A stretch of 64,000 nucleotides of DNA from Octopus bimaculoides (taxonomy: Eukaryota), in contig NC_068986.1 in the NCBI RefSeq assembly GCF_001194135.2, forward strand, positions 500,553-564,552, read 5' to 3'. Position 1 is the first letter of the stretch, and the number at the start of each line of letters is the position of its first letter. Shown here piece after piece: positions 1-11,739 of the stretch. A program made the position numbers and the translations under genes. Below the pieces are notes generated by a model. That model searched no databases, was not told the origin of the DNA, and saw only the letters and a program-made list of their open reading frames with translations.

Positions 1-75
1 ATATATGATCAGCTATACCAGATTAATCAATATTTCCCCGTATCACAGCTTTGCGATGTTCATATACACACGCAC

Positions 76-79
<4 letters not shown>

Positions 80-123
<44 letters not shown>
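80..123. repeat. (CA)n microsatellite
   Basis: Direct dinucleotide run. Confidence 0.95.
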
Positions 124-127
<4 letters not shown>

Positions 128-129
128 CA

Positions 130-332
130 ATAACGATCTGTTAAGCAACGACTACTCCAAAAGTATTCTATCCTCCCCAATTATGAAGAAGAGAGAGAGG
201 ATGAGGCCAATAAACTGCCCACAACCTGTCTACCCTATGTGAAAATCCTCTCCGAAAAGATACAAAAGATATGCGACCCATATGACATCAGGACAGTATT
301 CAAGAGTAATACAACACTTCACAAATATCTCC
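130..332 (+). mobile_element. Penelope-like element fragment (RT/endonuclease linker)
   Basis: Manual translation gives LLSNDYSKSIL, then after a frameshift CLPYVKILSEKIQKICDPYDIRTVFKSNTTLHKYL. This matches the PLE L..NGYP and LPYV.GLSE.I.R....IR.VFK motifs. Confidence 0.8.
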
Positions 333-360
333 ATCGCTCCCATCTCTAGCCTTACTTGAT

Positions 361-407
361 ACACACAGACTCGAGTTTCTGAGTAGTTACCCGTCCTCAG
401 CGTGTGT
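361..407 (-). ncRNA. Minimal type I hammerhead ribozyme-like motif
   Basis: Minus strand reads ACACACG-CUGAGGA-cgggua ac uacuca-GAAA-CUCGAGUC|UGUGUGU: 7-bp helix I, 5-bp helix II, palindromic helix III ACUCGAGU and a GUC cleavage triplet. Confidence 0.8.
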
Positions 408-619
408 TAATCACAAGCTAGTGATCAAAACTCATTCCACTCGCTTTTTCGCAGTTTATTGCTGATCTCGAAAAAGGAGATATATGCTACATTAAGTCTC
501 TGTAATACATACATACATACATGTACATTTACATAGGTAGATAGATAGATAGGTAGGTAAGTAGGTAATCTTAGCTCAAAGAAATTCTACAATGTCGTAG
601 TAAAGAGAATTCAGCTCTT

Positions 620-960
620 ATAGTTGGATATAGATACTGGTTTGTTGATGTTCGTGTACTTATCTGTGAGACTTAATGGCTTAAAGTGCAGTAGCTTTGT
701 TCCATATTGAATAATGAATGGGTAGTAATTACTTTTCAAAACATTTACACCAACGACCCCCGAGCTACTATAGTACAGCAGTGGTTTGCGATCAGAAGTA
801 GGAGTTTTTGTTAAAATTCTAAAGCTGAAATAAACTCTGGCATTTATTTTTGTTTTCGACTCTTTTGAAATTGTCCACAATTTTGCTAATTCTTCGACGA
901 AGGAAATATAACTGTCACCTACTTATTGACCGCATCTTGACTTTTTTGCCTTCTAATCTT
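620..960 (-). mobile_element. Degenerate Penelope-like RT thumb fragment
   Basis: ESKTKIN, TKTPTSDRKPLLYYSS and NVLKSNYY resemble PLE motifs E.S...INFLD, TKPTD..YL.Y.S.HP and KSIPYS. Confidence 0.5.
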
Positions 961-1552
961 AATGGATTAATAAAGGTGCTGACGTGATATATGACTTGTC
1001 TGGGGCACTAGGGCATTCTTATAAACATGGGGAAATCCTTCACCTTCTACATTTAACTAAAGCCCATTCCTTGCAGATAAAATAATAGAAACGTGAGAAA
1101 GAAGAATTGATCCCTGTACAGGATTAGTACTTCATTTATCGACAGTAAAGGTCGAAGTTGACCTGTCACGTTTACTTATAGGCTTCCAAATATAGCATTA
1201 TAAAAATAGATAAAATATTGAATAATTTAGTTTTGGATTGGTACACTCTTCCTGAATGAAAAACGAACGCTGGTCATAGCGTAAATGACTTTGATAATAG
1301 GTCTGCTCGACTGAGGTTATCTTGGAGCTAAACAACAATTATACATAGAGTAACAGTAGAATCCGAAGAAACTAATGATGTACAACGTCAGTAAAAAATA
1401 ATATATATAGCTCAAACGGTGGAAAATGGTTTATGCACTGAGGAAGAAGATAAGTCAAGCGTTTCGAACACTTATTTCATCTTCCGTAGAAGAGAAGGAA
1501 TAACGGCCTTATCACCAGATCCTATCACTTGGCTTTATCACTAGCAAAATAG

Positions 1553-1690
1553 TTCAAATGCTGTTGAGGTCGGTTTTGACTTTTATCCTTTCGGAGTCGA
1601 TAAAATCAGTTCCAGTTGAGTAGTAATATCGATCCAATCGATTAGCCTCTCCCTTCAATAGTTCGAACCTTGTGCCTATAATGAAAATAA
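1553..1690 (+). mobile_element. tRNA-derived SINE, family A (5'-truncated)
   Basis: B-box remnant plus central motif GAGGTCG..TTT..CTTTTATCCTTTCGGAGTCGATAAAAT shared with many copies in the window. Confidence 0.8.
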
Positions 1691-1829
1691 TTATTAGGAC
1701 TGTTGATAGTTTTCTTAATGTGGTGTTGGTTTCCTCATGAATCTGCGATATCATTTTGCTGTTTCAAGCGTGCAAGACTTCACGCCTCTCCTCTTCCACT
1801 TCTCTGTTCTCCCTATCTTGCTTTCTTTC

Positions 1830-1936
1830 TCCTCTCTCCCTCTCTCTCTCTCCCTCTCTCTCTCTCTCTCACTTTGAATCTAATATTTCGCTTGCTCTTT
1901 CTATTTCTTTCTCCCTCCTTCTCTCTCTCTCTCTCG
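1830..1936. repeat. Interrupted (CT)n tract
   Basis: Direct pyrimidine dinucleotide runs. Confidence 0.9.
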
Positions 1937-2344
1937 CAAAGGTAGCGCATTCAATCCTCCTCGTCTCATTATTTTATTTCTTAAAATAAATGCAATAAAC
2001 AATAAAAACAAATCGCGAGGAAATATCGTGAAGAAACCCAGGAATCAATATCATTCTAATACGACCAATACTAGTTTGTTTCCGTTCGCTCAATGACTTT
2101 TACCGATACAAAGACCACTAAGCGAAGGCTTATATTGAACATCATCACCTAATATCAGATCCTCGGTGAAGTTTTCGTCTTTTTAAAAAAAATTTTTTAT
2201 GTCAATGATACGAGTTTCAGTCTCTCATTTCGCTTATTGCTTTTTATTTTCCTTTGCATTTCTCAGATATTTTCCTATCCGCGATCCTGTAAAGCAAAAA
2301 TCTCTTTTTCTCCAACCTTATTTCTCTCTCTCTCTCTCTCTCTG

Positions 2345-2392
<48 letters not shown>

Positions 2393-2556
2393 TATATATA
2401 TGATCAGTACGTGTGTATAAATATGCGTGTGCACGTGCGTGAGTGAGTTTGTGAAGTAAACAATGGAATACGATTCGTATCCGCTAAACGTATTCTTTTA
2501 TTAATCCCATTGTTCATATTTTCCTTTTATTTTCATCTCCAACTCCTTCTTATTCC

Positions 2557-2599
<43 letters not shown>

Positions 2600-2749
2600 C
2601 ATAGTTGCCCTTTGTTGCTGATATTGTTGGTATTGTACATTATTGCTTCTTGAATTTCCATCTTTNNNNNNNNNNTTTCCATCTTTTTGGTTCTTCTTCT
2701 TCTTTTCTTTTACACCCCTTTTCCTGTAACACTCCTACACTCCTCCTTT

Positions 2750-3200
2750 ACCACACTATTCAACACCACTCCACACAACAACATCTCGACACTCTCCACC
2801 TCCGCTACTCAATTCTCCATCGCCCCTCCAATAACACTTCACTCTACACCATTCCACTCAACATCACGCAACTCTACACCACTCAACTCTACACCACTCA
2901 ACTCTACACCACTCAACTCTACACCACTCAACTCTACACCACTCAACTCTACACCACTCAACTCTACACCACTCAACTCTACACCACTCAACTCTACACC
3001 ACTCAAATATACAACATTCAGTTCTACAACAATCAGTTCTACACCACTCAACTCTACAACATTCAACTCTACACTACCCATTCTACAACATTCAACTCTA
3101 CACTACCCATTCTACAACACTCTACACCACTGCCTTCGACATAATTCCACTCTCAACTCTACGCTACCACTGCATACACCACACCATTATACACCGCACT
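2750..3200. repeat. 15-bp minisatellite (ACTCAACTCTACACC)
   Basis: 8 perfect units at 2881-3000 with degenerate units on both sides. Confidence 0.95.
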
Positions 3201-3359
3201 GTCTCACACATCAATCACTAAAATATTTCTAGAGATAAGAATATATTTTGCGAGAGATACAATATTTAGACAACATTACCGAGCAATGAGTATTTAATAA
3301 TAATTGATTCTCATGCAATTAACAGTATGTATATAAATATATTTACACGTACATATGCA

Positions 3360-3401
<42 letters not shown>

Positions 3402-4378
3402 NNNNNNNNNNNNNNNNNNNNNNNNNNNNNNNNNNNNNNNNNNNNNNNNNNNNNNNNNNNNNNNNNNNNNNNNNNNNNNNNNNNNNNNNNNNNNNNNNNN
3501 NNNNNNNNNNNNNNNNNNNNNNNNNNNNNNNNNNNNNNNNNNNNNNNNNNNNNNNNNNNNNNNNNNNNNNNNNNNNNNNNNNNNNNNNNNNNNNNNNNNN
3601 NNNNNNNNNNNNNNNNNNNNNNNNNNNNNNNNNNNNNNNNNNNNNNNNNNNNNNNNNNNNNNNNNNNNNNNNNNNNNNNNNNNNNNNNNNNNNNNNNNNN
3701 NNNNNNNNNNNNNNNNNNNNNNNNNNNNNNNNNNNNNNNNNNNNNNNNNNNNNNNNNNNNNNNNNNNNNNNNNNNNNNNNNNNNNNNNNNNNNNNNNNNN
3801 NNNNNNNNNNNNNNNNNNNNNNNNNNNNNNNNNNNNNNNNNNNNNNNNNNNNNNNNNNNNNNNNNNNNNNNNNNNNNNNNNNNNNNNNNNNNNNNNNNNN
3901 NNNNNNNNNNNNNNNNNNNNNNNNNNNNNNNNNNNNNNNNNNNNNNNNCTCCGTATGGTGTGTCCATGTGTGCATATATGTATACATACAAATATGTATG
4001 TATGTGTGTATGTATGTGTGTATTATGTGCATACGTATGTATGTGTGTATTATGTGCATACGTATGTGTGTATGTATATATGCATGCATGCATGCATGCA
4101 TGTCTCTATTTATATTTGTATTGAAATATGTATCGAAAGGGCTCTAAGACCTGATCAAGTTAATAAAAATAACATATACACTACTCAACTCTACACCACT
4201 TATATATATATATAAGCAAAACCACCAAGTTGGCTTGGCTAGCCACGTATGGGGTTTGAGGTCTAACGTTACACCACATACAATCAAGTGGAAAATAATT
4301 GACTAGTCCACACCATATGTTAACGGATCAAAAAATATAAGTTATGCGTAGCTGAAAGATCACAAATTTTTTTCAAAT

Positions 4379-4753
4379 CTAAGAACTCCACCGCACTGCT
4401 GAATTCCAAGGAACAAATTCTATCAAGGGAATGATAGGATTTTGAAAGGTTAACATTTTCCACCTAATTTTAAAATTAATATTATCTTTTAATCTCCAAA
4501 TGAATTTGCTAAAGCTTGTATTTTTGCGTTTGAGTTGATTTCCAAAAGAATTTTCATGATACGAAATTCCAGTTTTCACAAAACATTCTGTCGATCCAGT
4601 ATGGAAGTAATTTTTCCCTTCTGCTTCCACAGTGGTATACTGGTATACTAGATTCATACGTTTGCAATAATCATTACATTTGCATTTTTCTTTAATCTTA
4701 CAATCAGAAAATTTATCAAGATTATCTTTGAAATTAACTAAAATGTGAGTCAT
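4379..4753 (-). mobile_element. Penelope-like GIY-YIG endonuclease remnant
   Basis: ORF has CKCNDYC, NLVYQ, TGSTE, YHENSF and TSFSKFIWRLKDNINFKIRWK, matching the PLE EN pattern VVY.A..YIG.TE..H..SF..ST.LSKYIW.LKD..I.W. Confidence 0.8.
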
Positions 4754-5702
4754 TGCGGCTTATTTCCCTTTGATAGTTTAAACTAAAATTATCAAATTTA
4801 CTCGTGACGGATATACTATGTGTGCTATTTCTTGGAGAAATAATAATTGTACGATTCTCGTAAAAATTATCTAATTTTGCATTATTAATAGAAGATATAT
4901 AAGTAAATAAATTTCAAGTTACTGAAAAACCAGATCTTAAAAATATATTCTTAATAATTTCACTATACTGTTTACAAGCAAAGTCTACCTGTACCTTTGA
5001 TTAAATTTGTTTTTATTTGTTCATCGCTTTCGAAAATCGAAGATCCTTATTTTTTCATCGTTAAAATATTCCTTGCTATTAATGATACAACCGTACGAAT
5101 TCATAAAACAGATTAAGAATTAACTTGTAGATTAAGATATATCAAATGGGTTGAGTTTTAAATTCAATGTTCAGTAGTTTAATTAGAATCTTATATCGAC
5201 AAAAACGCTGAATATTAAGGAGCGATTAATAAATTGCTTAATCTTGTAGTTGCTGGTTTAAATCCGTTAGGCTAATATAATTAATATGAAACTAAGAGCA
5301 TTTGTCACTTAAATATACAGCGTTTTGATATGATAAAGCTCGACATTTCTGATAGCGGTAACATCAATTTTCATTCTTATAAATTCCACTGACTTATATT
5401 TATTTATCGATCATTGATCAATGAATGAAAAATTAAGAGGCCTTCGTCTGATTGAGATTTACGATATGAACTACTTCTTACGGAATTTACCAAATAATTT
5501 CTCTATATAGTAATGGAACCGGATGCTTCGATCCTGAGCTATCGGAAAAGCCTTAGTGGACCAAATTTTGCTACAGGGCAAAATAACTATGGATATAAGT
5601 GTGTATACGTATGTATGTATGTATGTATGTATGTATGTATGTATGCATGCATGCATGCATGTATGTTTTTATATATATATATATATATATTAAAATAAAT
5701 AA

Positions 5703-5990
5703 TAGCGACCGCAGGGTACTGTGCTGGGTCCACTTCTTTTTATTGTCTATATCAATGATGGCAGATTTCATTGAACATAGCACCATTAAAATATTTGCAG
5801 ATGATTCTCAACTCCAAAAAGTTATTAAGGGAACATATGATCGAATAATGCTTCAACTGGACCCACGCGCAGTAATCCAGTGGATACAAAAAAAACAATA
5901 TGCGGTTGAACGAGGAAAAATTTGAGCTCATCCGCTTTGGAAAAGAGGGCACACTCAAACAACCATATACACTACCGTTGCGATACCTAC
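5703..5990 (+). mobile_element. Non-LTR (CR1/L2/Jockey-type) RT fragment
   Basis: PQGTVLGPLLFIVYIND followed after a frameshift by IKIFADDSQL (RT domains 4-5). Confidence 0.85.
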
Positions 5991-6269
5991 TTGAACCTCT
6001 CGTATGGATTCATGGTGCACACAACACTTACCTTATATTTATCTCCCATTTAATGCAGGTGTTCTCGTAAAATAGTCAACATTAAGTGTGAGACATATAT
6101 ACTTAAATGCTTTTGTAAATGTTATTTGATACAGTGATAACAATTAAAGAACGAATTTTTTTGAAGTTATGAACTATTAAAAAAAAATATTAAATAGAAT
6201 GTCACTAACATTTGTGAAAGAAATTTGTGTATTTTATGCCTAGTGTGTATTTTGTGTGTAAGTGCCATT

Positions 6270-7400
6270 GTTGTTCAATTTCTCAAACGCATGTGTTCCG
6301 GGATAATTCGTGTAGAGGAAGTTGTCTTTAGAAATGGTGTTGACCATTTCTGTTTAAATTTCTGATTTAGAAATCTTATTAAATATTCTTCTTTTGCCTT
6401 TCGTAGTCGATAATTTTTTTCTTTTTTTTTTTTTTTTTTTTTTTTTTTTGCAAGAAAGGAAATTTTAGAATTTTCCATTTGCGCAAATGTCTAGATGTGT
6501 ATTAGATGGAACATTTTTAAGAGATGAATCATTAATTTGCTGTTTATGCAAATTTATATGGCTAGTTAGTTTTCTTCCTGTTTCCCCAATGTAATTCTCG
6601 TTGCATTGTGGGTATGTGATGCAATAGATGAACTTTTTTTTGCTTTGTAATTCATGTTTACATTGCCTTCCAATTCCTTCCCATTCCTGAACCTTTTGGT
6701 TGTTCTCTCTTCAATTACTTCACAGGTCCCACAACGCGGGTCTCAACAGTTTATTACCTGCATTATTTCCTTCTCCGATGTGAATCTCGCTTTTCTTAGA
6801 AGTCTCTTGAAATTCGGTCGTTGTTTTCGGTTGTTGATGATCTGTGATTTTTAATTATCTGTCGGGGATTTGATGATTACTGTAGAATTGGAAGGTGACA
6901 TTTGGCCGAATGTAGGTTGTTGTGTTTCCTAGGATTATATTTATATTTGTACTGTTGTTTTCACCGTCAATGTGAGTATTTCTCCGTAAGGCAGAGTTCG
7001 GAGTTTTTATTTACTTTGGCTATGGCATGATTTATTTGGGGTTTTTTTAGGGGAGTATTTCTGTTTTGGAAGGAATATATTTAGTTCAAACAGTTGTTTC
7101 TCTCTTCTATTTGTGTCTGTAACTATTGGTTACATACATCTTGTCATATTGAATAGTATGTTTCCTTTTGAATGGGAAGGGTAGCAAGACCTAGAACCTA
7201 AAATATTGCTGTGTGTCTGAGTCCTTGTTGTAAAGATCAGTTGTAGCTGTCTTATTTTCTTATCCAAAAAACGGAGTTTCCTTTCATTCGTTTACATAGT
7301 GAACTGGATTGATTCATGGGATATGTTTATTAATTTAAGGAATTTTGCATGGTTCTCCTTACTTTTGTTCCAAAAGCTTACATCGTTTGCTCCTATTTCC
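6270..7400 (-). mobile_element. Penelope-like element 3' half (RT thumb to GIY-YIG), decayed
   Basis: Collinear motifs on the minus strand: ESIQFTM*TNERKLRFLD; SCYPSHSKGNI; CGTC; FIYCITYPQCNENYIGETGRKL; RKAKEEYLI. Confidence 0.85.
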
Positions 7401-7424
7401 AGCTGTTCAACAAGCTTCCATTTA

Positions 7425-7630
7425 CTTTAATCCAGGGCCGGGGATATAGGAGATGCAGTCCTTAAACCCACTGGACGCCAGGGCCTCGTTGTAATAAGAG
7501 GCTGCGGCGTCGAATATCTCTTCACTTGAGGACAGGCTGGAGATTCTCTCACTGACATCTTTCACGAGGCTCCTGAACACATTAGGTGGATGAGAGGAGG
7601 CTGTGGTGATGTAGGACCAGCTTCTCGTCT
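7425..7630 (-). mobile_element. Penelope-like RT thumb fragment of a second, GC-richer family
   Basis: YHKPDEKLV/YITTASSHPPNVFRSLVKDVSERISSLSSSEEIFDAAASYYNEALASSGF. Confidence 0.85.
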
Positions 7631-8029
7631 GGTTTGTGGTAGAATCTGTAAGAACAGAAGCTCAAATCTAACGTAACGTCTAAAGAGTTTACAATCGTGA
7701 GGTTGGTCTCCATTGTTATGCATGACCAACAATAACATTTAACTTCCTATTATATATGGAAGTTGATAAAGCAAATGTATTTGTTCCGGCACTTTTCGCT
7801 CCTAGTTCAAATTTCATCGGGGTTATTTTTGCCTTTTATGCCTTCAGGGACGGTAAATTAATGTACCGTCAAATACTGGAGTTGAAGATATAGATCCGCC
7901 CCCTCAAAACTGTTGACTTTTAATCATATCAGAAACTATTAGCATTGTTGATGTTGTTGCTGTTGTTGCTGCTGCTGTTTTTGTTGTTATTGTTGAATTG
8001 CTCATGTAAAAATATCTCACATAAGCAAG

Positions 8030-8172
8030 TGACCACAGATATGAGGGAGGGGAAGAAGTGTAAGCGTTGAAATTACTTCCAATACTTGAATGGTCCATTG
8101 TTTTAGTGCTGCCATCAGAATGAAAGATAAAGCCGACGACTGTCTGATTTGAACTCAGAACGTAACGACACA
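8030..8172 (-). mobile_element. SINE family A, degenerate
   Basis: GATTTGAACTCAGAACGTAA (reverse B-box region) plus central domain. Confidence 0.7.
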
Positions 8173-8199
8173 TCATGAAAAAAAAATATTTCTAAAAAA

Positions 8200-9400
8200 A
8201 TGTAACTTAAGCTGCAAAATGAGAAATTAATTTTCCATCGTTTTCCTTTTGAAACTCACTGATTCCTTTGTCTATCAGAGACAGGTGGGTCAACTTGTGT
8301 TTCAGCGTCACTCTGTTATATCGATTGTGTCGCCATTTCTTATAACGATGTATTTTATTTTGTTTTGTTTTTATGAACTGAATTCTAAACAAGAAAATAT
8401 ATGAGAAAACTACACGACACCCGAAATTGTATGGCTTATAAATTATATATCCTCTCTTAACTCTGAATTTCAACTTTTCTACTTATCATTTCGTCCATGT
8501 TTTGAAGATTAACTGCTATTTGATACTCCAAATTTCAGTTACTTATGACTTCTTGCCAGCATCATGATAAATCTAAGTGAATCTCTGAGATTTATGTAGC
8601 AGAAAGAAAACTGACGTTAAATTGATTTGGCAGAAATTAAAAACTGAACTAATAGCTACAATACTGTCATTTATCAGCAGAATGTTACGTGACAGAATTT
8701 CAAAGTCCGTTTTAAAAATTTGAAATTGACGGGCAAACTGATTAATTTCTGTTGGACGAAGGCCGCTCATATCATCTCCATAATTGGACAGGTATAAGAA
8801 TATGTAAAAAATAAATTAATATTTTACAATTTAAATAAAATTTCAAGAAATTACTTTCTAGCTATTATGTTTGATTTTCATTAACTGTAATCTGAAAGCG
8901 ATATCTGTTTGCCCACTTAGAGAAAGTGGTGTTGACTGATTCTACAGCGATTTTAAATTAACTCTTTAAGTTGATTCATATATGGAGAAAATTGGAATTA
9001 TCGATTAATCACCATTCAGATAATTCTAATGACATAATTCTAAGATTTCATTAATTCGAATAAAACGGATGGATTTTGCTTATTTTATTTCTTAATTTCA
9101 AATCTTTACAAATGTGCTACTTTTTTTTTACCTTTAATATTTGTTATATTTCTTTCTAAATTTATTTCATTTTCATTTATTTCACTTATTTCATTCTCGT
9201 TACTGTTCACCAGAAGATAACATATCCAGTAACAATAATTTTTTCCATTCAATTTTTTTATCACCAAATCTTTGTCTAATGGAAGAAAGATTAGATTATC
9301 AGTAACCAAATTCCTCGTCCATAATGCAATAATATAGTTTAGAGGCAAACGATTTGCACCGTATTCCAATCACTTTATGATATTTCGAATTCTTCATTTC
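8200..9400 (-). mobile_element. Possible highly decayed L1/Tx1-type RT remnant
   Basis: Weak motifs in RT order: IFLPLDKD..KNY; NYGDD; QINLTS; WRHNRYNRV. Many stops. Confidence 0.3.
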
Positions 9401-9738
9401 TCAGCAAGCAACACAACATATGGCCTAAAATGTTTGCTCATGATGATTGGAGATGAATAAAATTCCAGGCTTAAGTAAATTTCGTTCATTTTACAAGCGC
9501 ATATAAAAGAAATATAGGTTTCCCCTTATTTTTTTCTTTAGTATTTTCCGTAATTTCTTTTTGAAATAACTCAGTGTTTACCAACCATTTCAAACTTTAT
9601 AAATATCAATTTTTATCAAAATACTTTGTCTTTGAAAGCTGCTACTTTTAATCCAACCGTCTCATTCTGTTATGAAAGCTATACAATAAATATATGGTTT
9701 ACATTGGCAGAATAATGCAGATACAATAAGTCATACTT

Positions 9739-9855
<117 letters not shown>

Positions 9856-9930
9856 CGCGCGTGTGGGTGCATTCACATATTTATACATATACGTAAATAC
9901 AAGTATAGGTTACTGTATATGCTTCACAAA

Positions 9931-10677
9931 GTGAAGCTGCTTGGCACAGATTGACCTTGAACTCTACTGTGCACGCGCACTAAGTTTTTACGTTCTAACT
10001 CTCTTCCGCTGTTTACAGCAGTGCTTGGAAGGAAGGTGTGTTGCGTGTGATCGTCGCATTGACCATGACAGAGAAAGTTGAGCAGAGAATCTGCATCAAA
10101 TTTTGCCAAAAGCTTAGCGATACCTGCTCAGAGGCCGACACAAACTTTTCAAACAGTGTTCATTGTTCTCAACACTATCAAGATCTTGTGCAACCGACAC
10201 CCCAATGTCCTTTTGGTAAGCTGAAAGTGGTTTGGGCACAAACTTTGCAGACATTGGTCCCATCCCCAAATCTTCAATGACAATGGAGTGAACCGAAGCG
10301 TGACGTCTGATAACTCACGGACAGGGATTCGACGATTTCCTCTCACTGCTGCACGCACATCTGCGATGCTTTGCTCAGTTCTGCTGGTTGCAGGTCTCTC
10401 AGAACATTCGTCAATACCGACATTTTTTCGGGCATCTTGTAAACGTCTGAACCACTCATACACTTAAATGAGGTTCATACACTCTCACCATACACTTTCT
10501 GCAACTTTGCATAGGCCTCTTTGCATAGGCCTCTCTGTCATGGTCAATGCGACGGTCACACGCTACACACCTTCCTTCCAAGCACTGCTGTAAACAGTGG
10601 AAGTGAGTTAGAGCATTAAAACTTAGTGCGCATGCACAGTAGAGTCTAATGTCAATTACCTGTGCAAGCAGCTTCAC
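9931..10677. mobile_element. Rearranged non-autonomous mariner with two 5' ends facing outward
   Basis: MTEKVEQRICIKFCQKL on +; YEWFRRLQDARKNV..RPATSRTEQSIADVRAAVRGNRR on -; about 145-bp inverted arms at 9931-10074 and 10532-10677. Confidence 0.85.
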
Positions 10678-10851
10678 TCTGCATGCTTTAGCTTCGTTAC
10701 TATTGCAACAGTGTGTGTGTGTGAGTGTCAGCATGCATTACATATATAAATATATATTATATATATGTATATATATACCGGAGTAAGCACATAAATGTGC
10801 AACAAGGTGGAAAAAAGAGTAATCAAATACCCGATGTTGTAGAGTAATATA

Positions 10852-10990
10852 CTTTATTTAAAAGCAGCAGAAATATAACAAAAAACTGTTACTGAGTTTC
10901 ACGTTCCCGTTCATCGGAAACTCCGATGAACGGGAACGTGAAACTCAGAGTAACAGTTTTTTGTTATATTTCTGCTGCTTTTAAATAAAG
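10852..10990. repeat. Near-perfect palindrome (67/69-nt arms, 3-nt loop) carrying hammerhead-like cores
   Basis: Arms differ only by a 2-nt indel; right arm reads CCGAUGA-acg ggaa cgu-GAAA-CUCAGAGUA. Confidence 0.9.
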
Positions 10991-10991
10991 C

Positions 10992-11028
<37 letters not shown>

Positions 11029-11039
11029 AGTCTCAGCTT

Positions 11040-11180
11040 TAGCCGAACGATCCGCACAAATGATTTCTTTATAATGATCAATTATTCGTGCCACACACTA
11101 GCTCACTCACTCCATCAGCGCACAACCCGGTCTAGGAACTGAAATCACGATCTCGCGATCATGTGTGCAACACCATAACT
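11040..11180 (-). mobile_element. tRNA-derived SINE (family D-type head)
   Basis: Minus strand begins GGGCGCATGACTTAGTAGTTA (A-box-like) and continues to GATTTCAGTTCC (B-box-like). Confidence 0.65.
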
Positions 11181-11193
11181 ACTAAGTCATGCG

Positions 11194-11198
<5 letters not shown>

Positions 11199-11268
<70 letters not shown>

Positions 11269-11270
11269 AG
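11199..11270. repeat. (GT)n(GCGT)n microsatellite
   Basis: Direct run. Confidence 0.95.
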
Positions 11271-11739
11271 GCATGTTGGTAGATATGTAGATATATAGGG
11301 AAGTATATTATCGAATGTATCTCTGATAAAAGGATGCATGTTTACTCGGGCTGCAACTGAGACGTGTGAACTCCATTATAAATAAACCATTTCTTTCGAA
11401 AGAGTTAATGAATGTGTGTTTCTGTCAATAATAAAGAAAGCTGACATATTTGACAAGGTCAAATACACTGAAATATAACTATGAATTGACAAACGACATG
11501 GACGGTTTAAGCGACTAATCAAACGTGGTTTGAGTTTTGATTAATACAAGATGTAGCGTCGCAGATATGGTCAGACATGGGGTTATCGTTGCAGATGTGG
11601 TCATGTGATTAAAAAGTTCGCTTCCTTTTTAACATCTAGTCTAACATCTTGGCTAGGCTTCTCTTTACAATGGCTTAAAGACTACCTAAGCTTCATAGAT
11701 AAACGGAAACTGCGAACGAAAACTATGGTTCTGAACGTT

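Noticed and set aside
1437-1490. Imperfect hairpin with GATGA and GAAAC on the minus strand
   Set aside because: The core lacks CU and no convincing helix III or cleavage triplet forms.
2881-3000. Regular repeat array considered as CRISPR
   Set aside because: The tandem units have no unique spacers, and the context is eukaryotic.
4115-4150. GAAAGGGCTCTA half-hammerhead
   Set aside because: No CUGANGA half is present, so it is too incomplete to call.
3327-4215. Long ORFs containing X runs (also near 12524-13489, 19284, 42876, 47113 and 59254)
   Set aside because: They are artefacts of N gaps (about 3402-3948, 12681-13363, 19371-19477, 43206-43258, 47185-47460, 58031-58150, 59446-59612).
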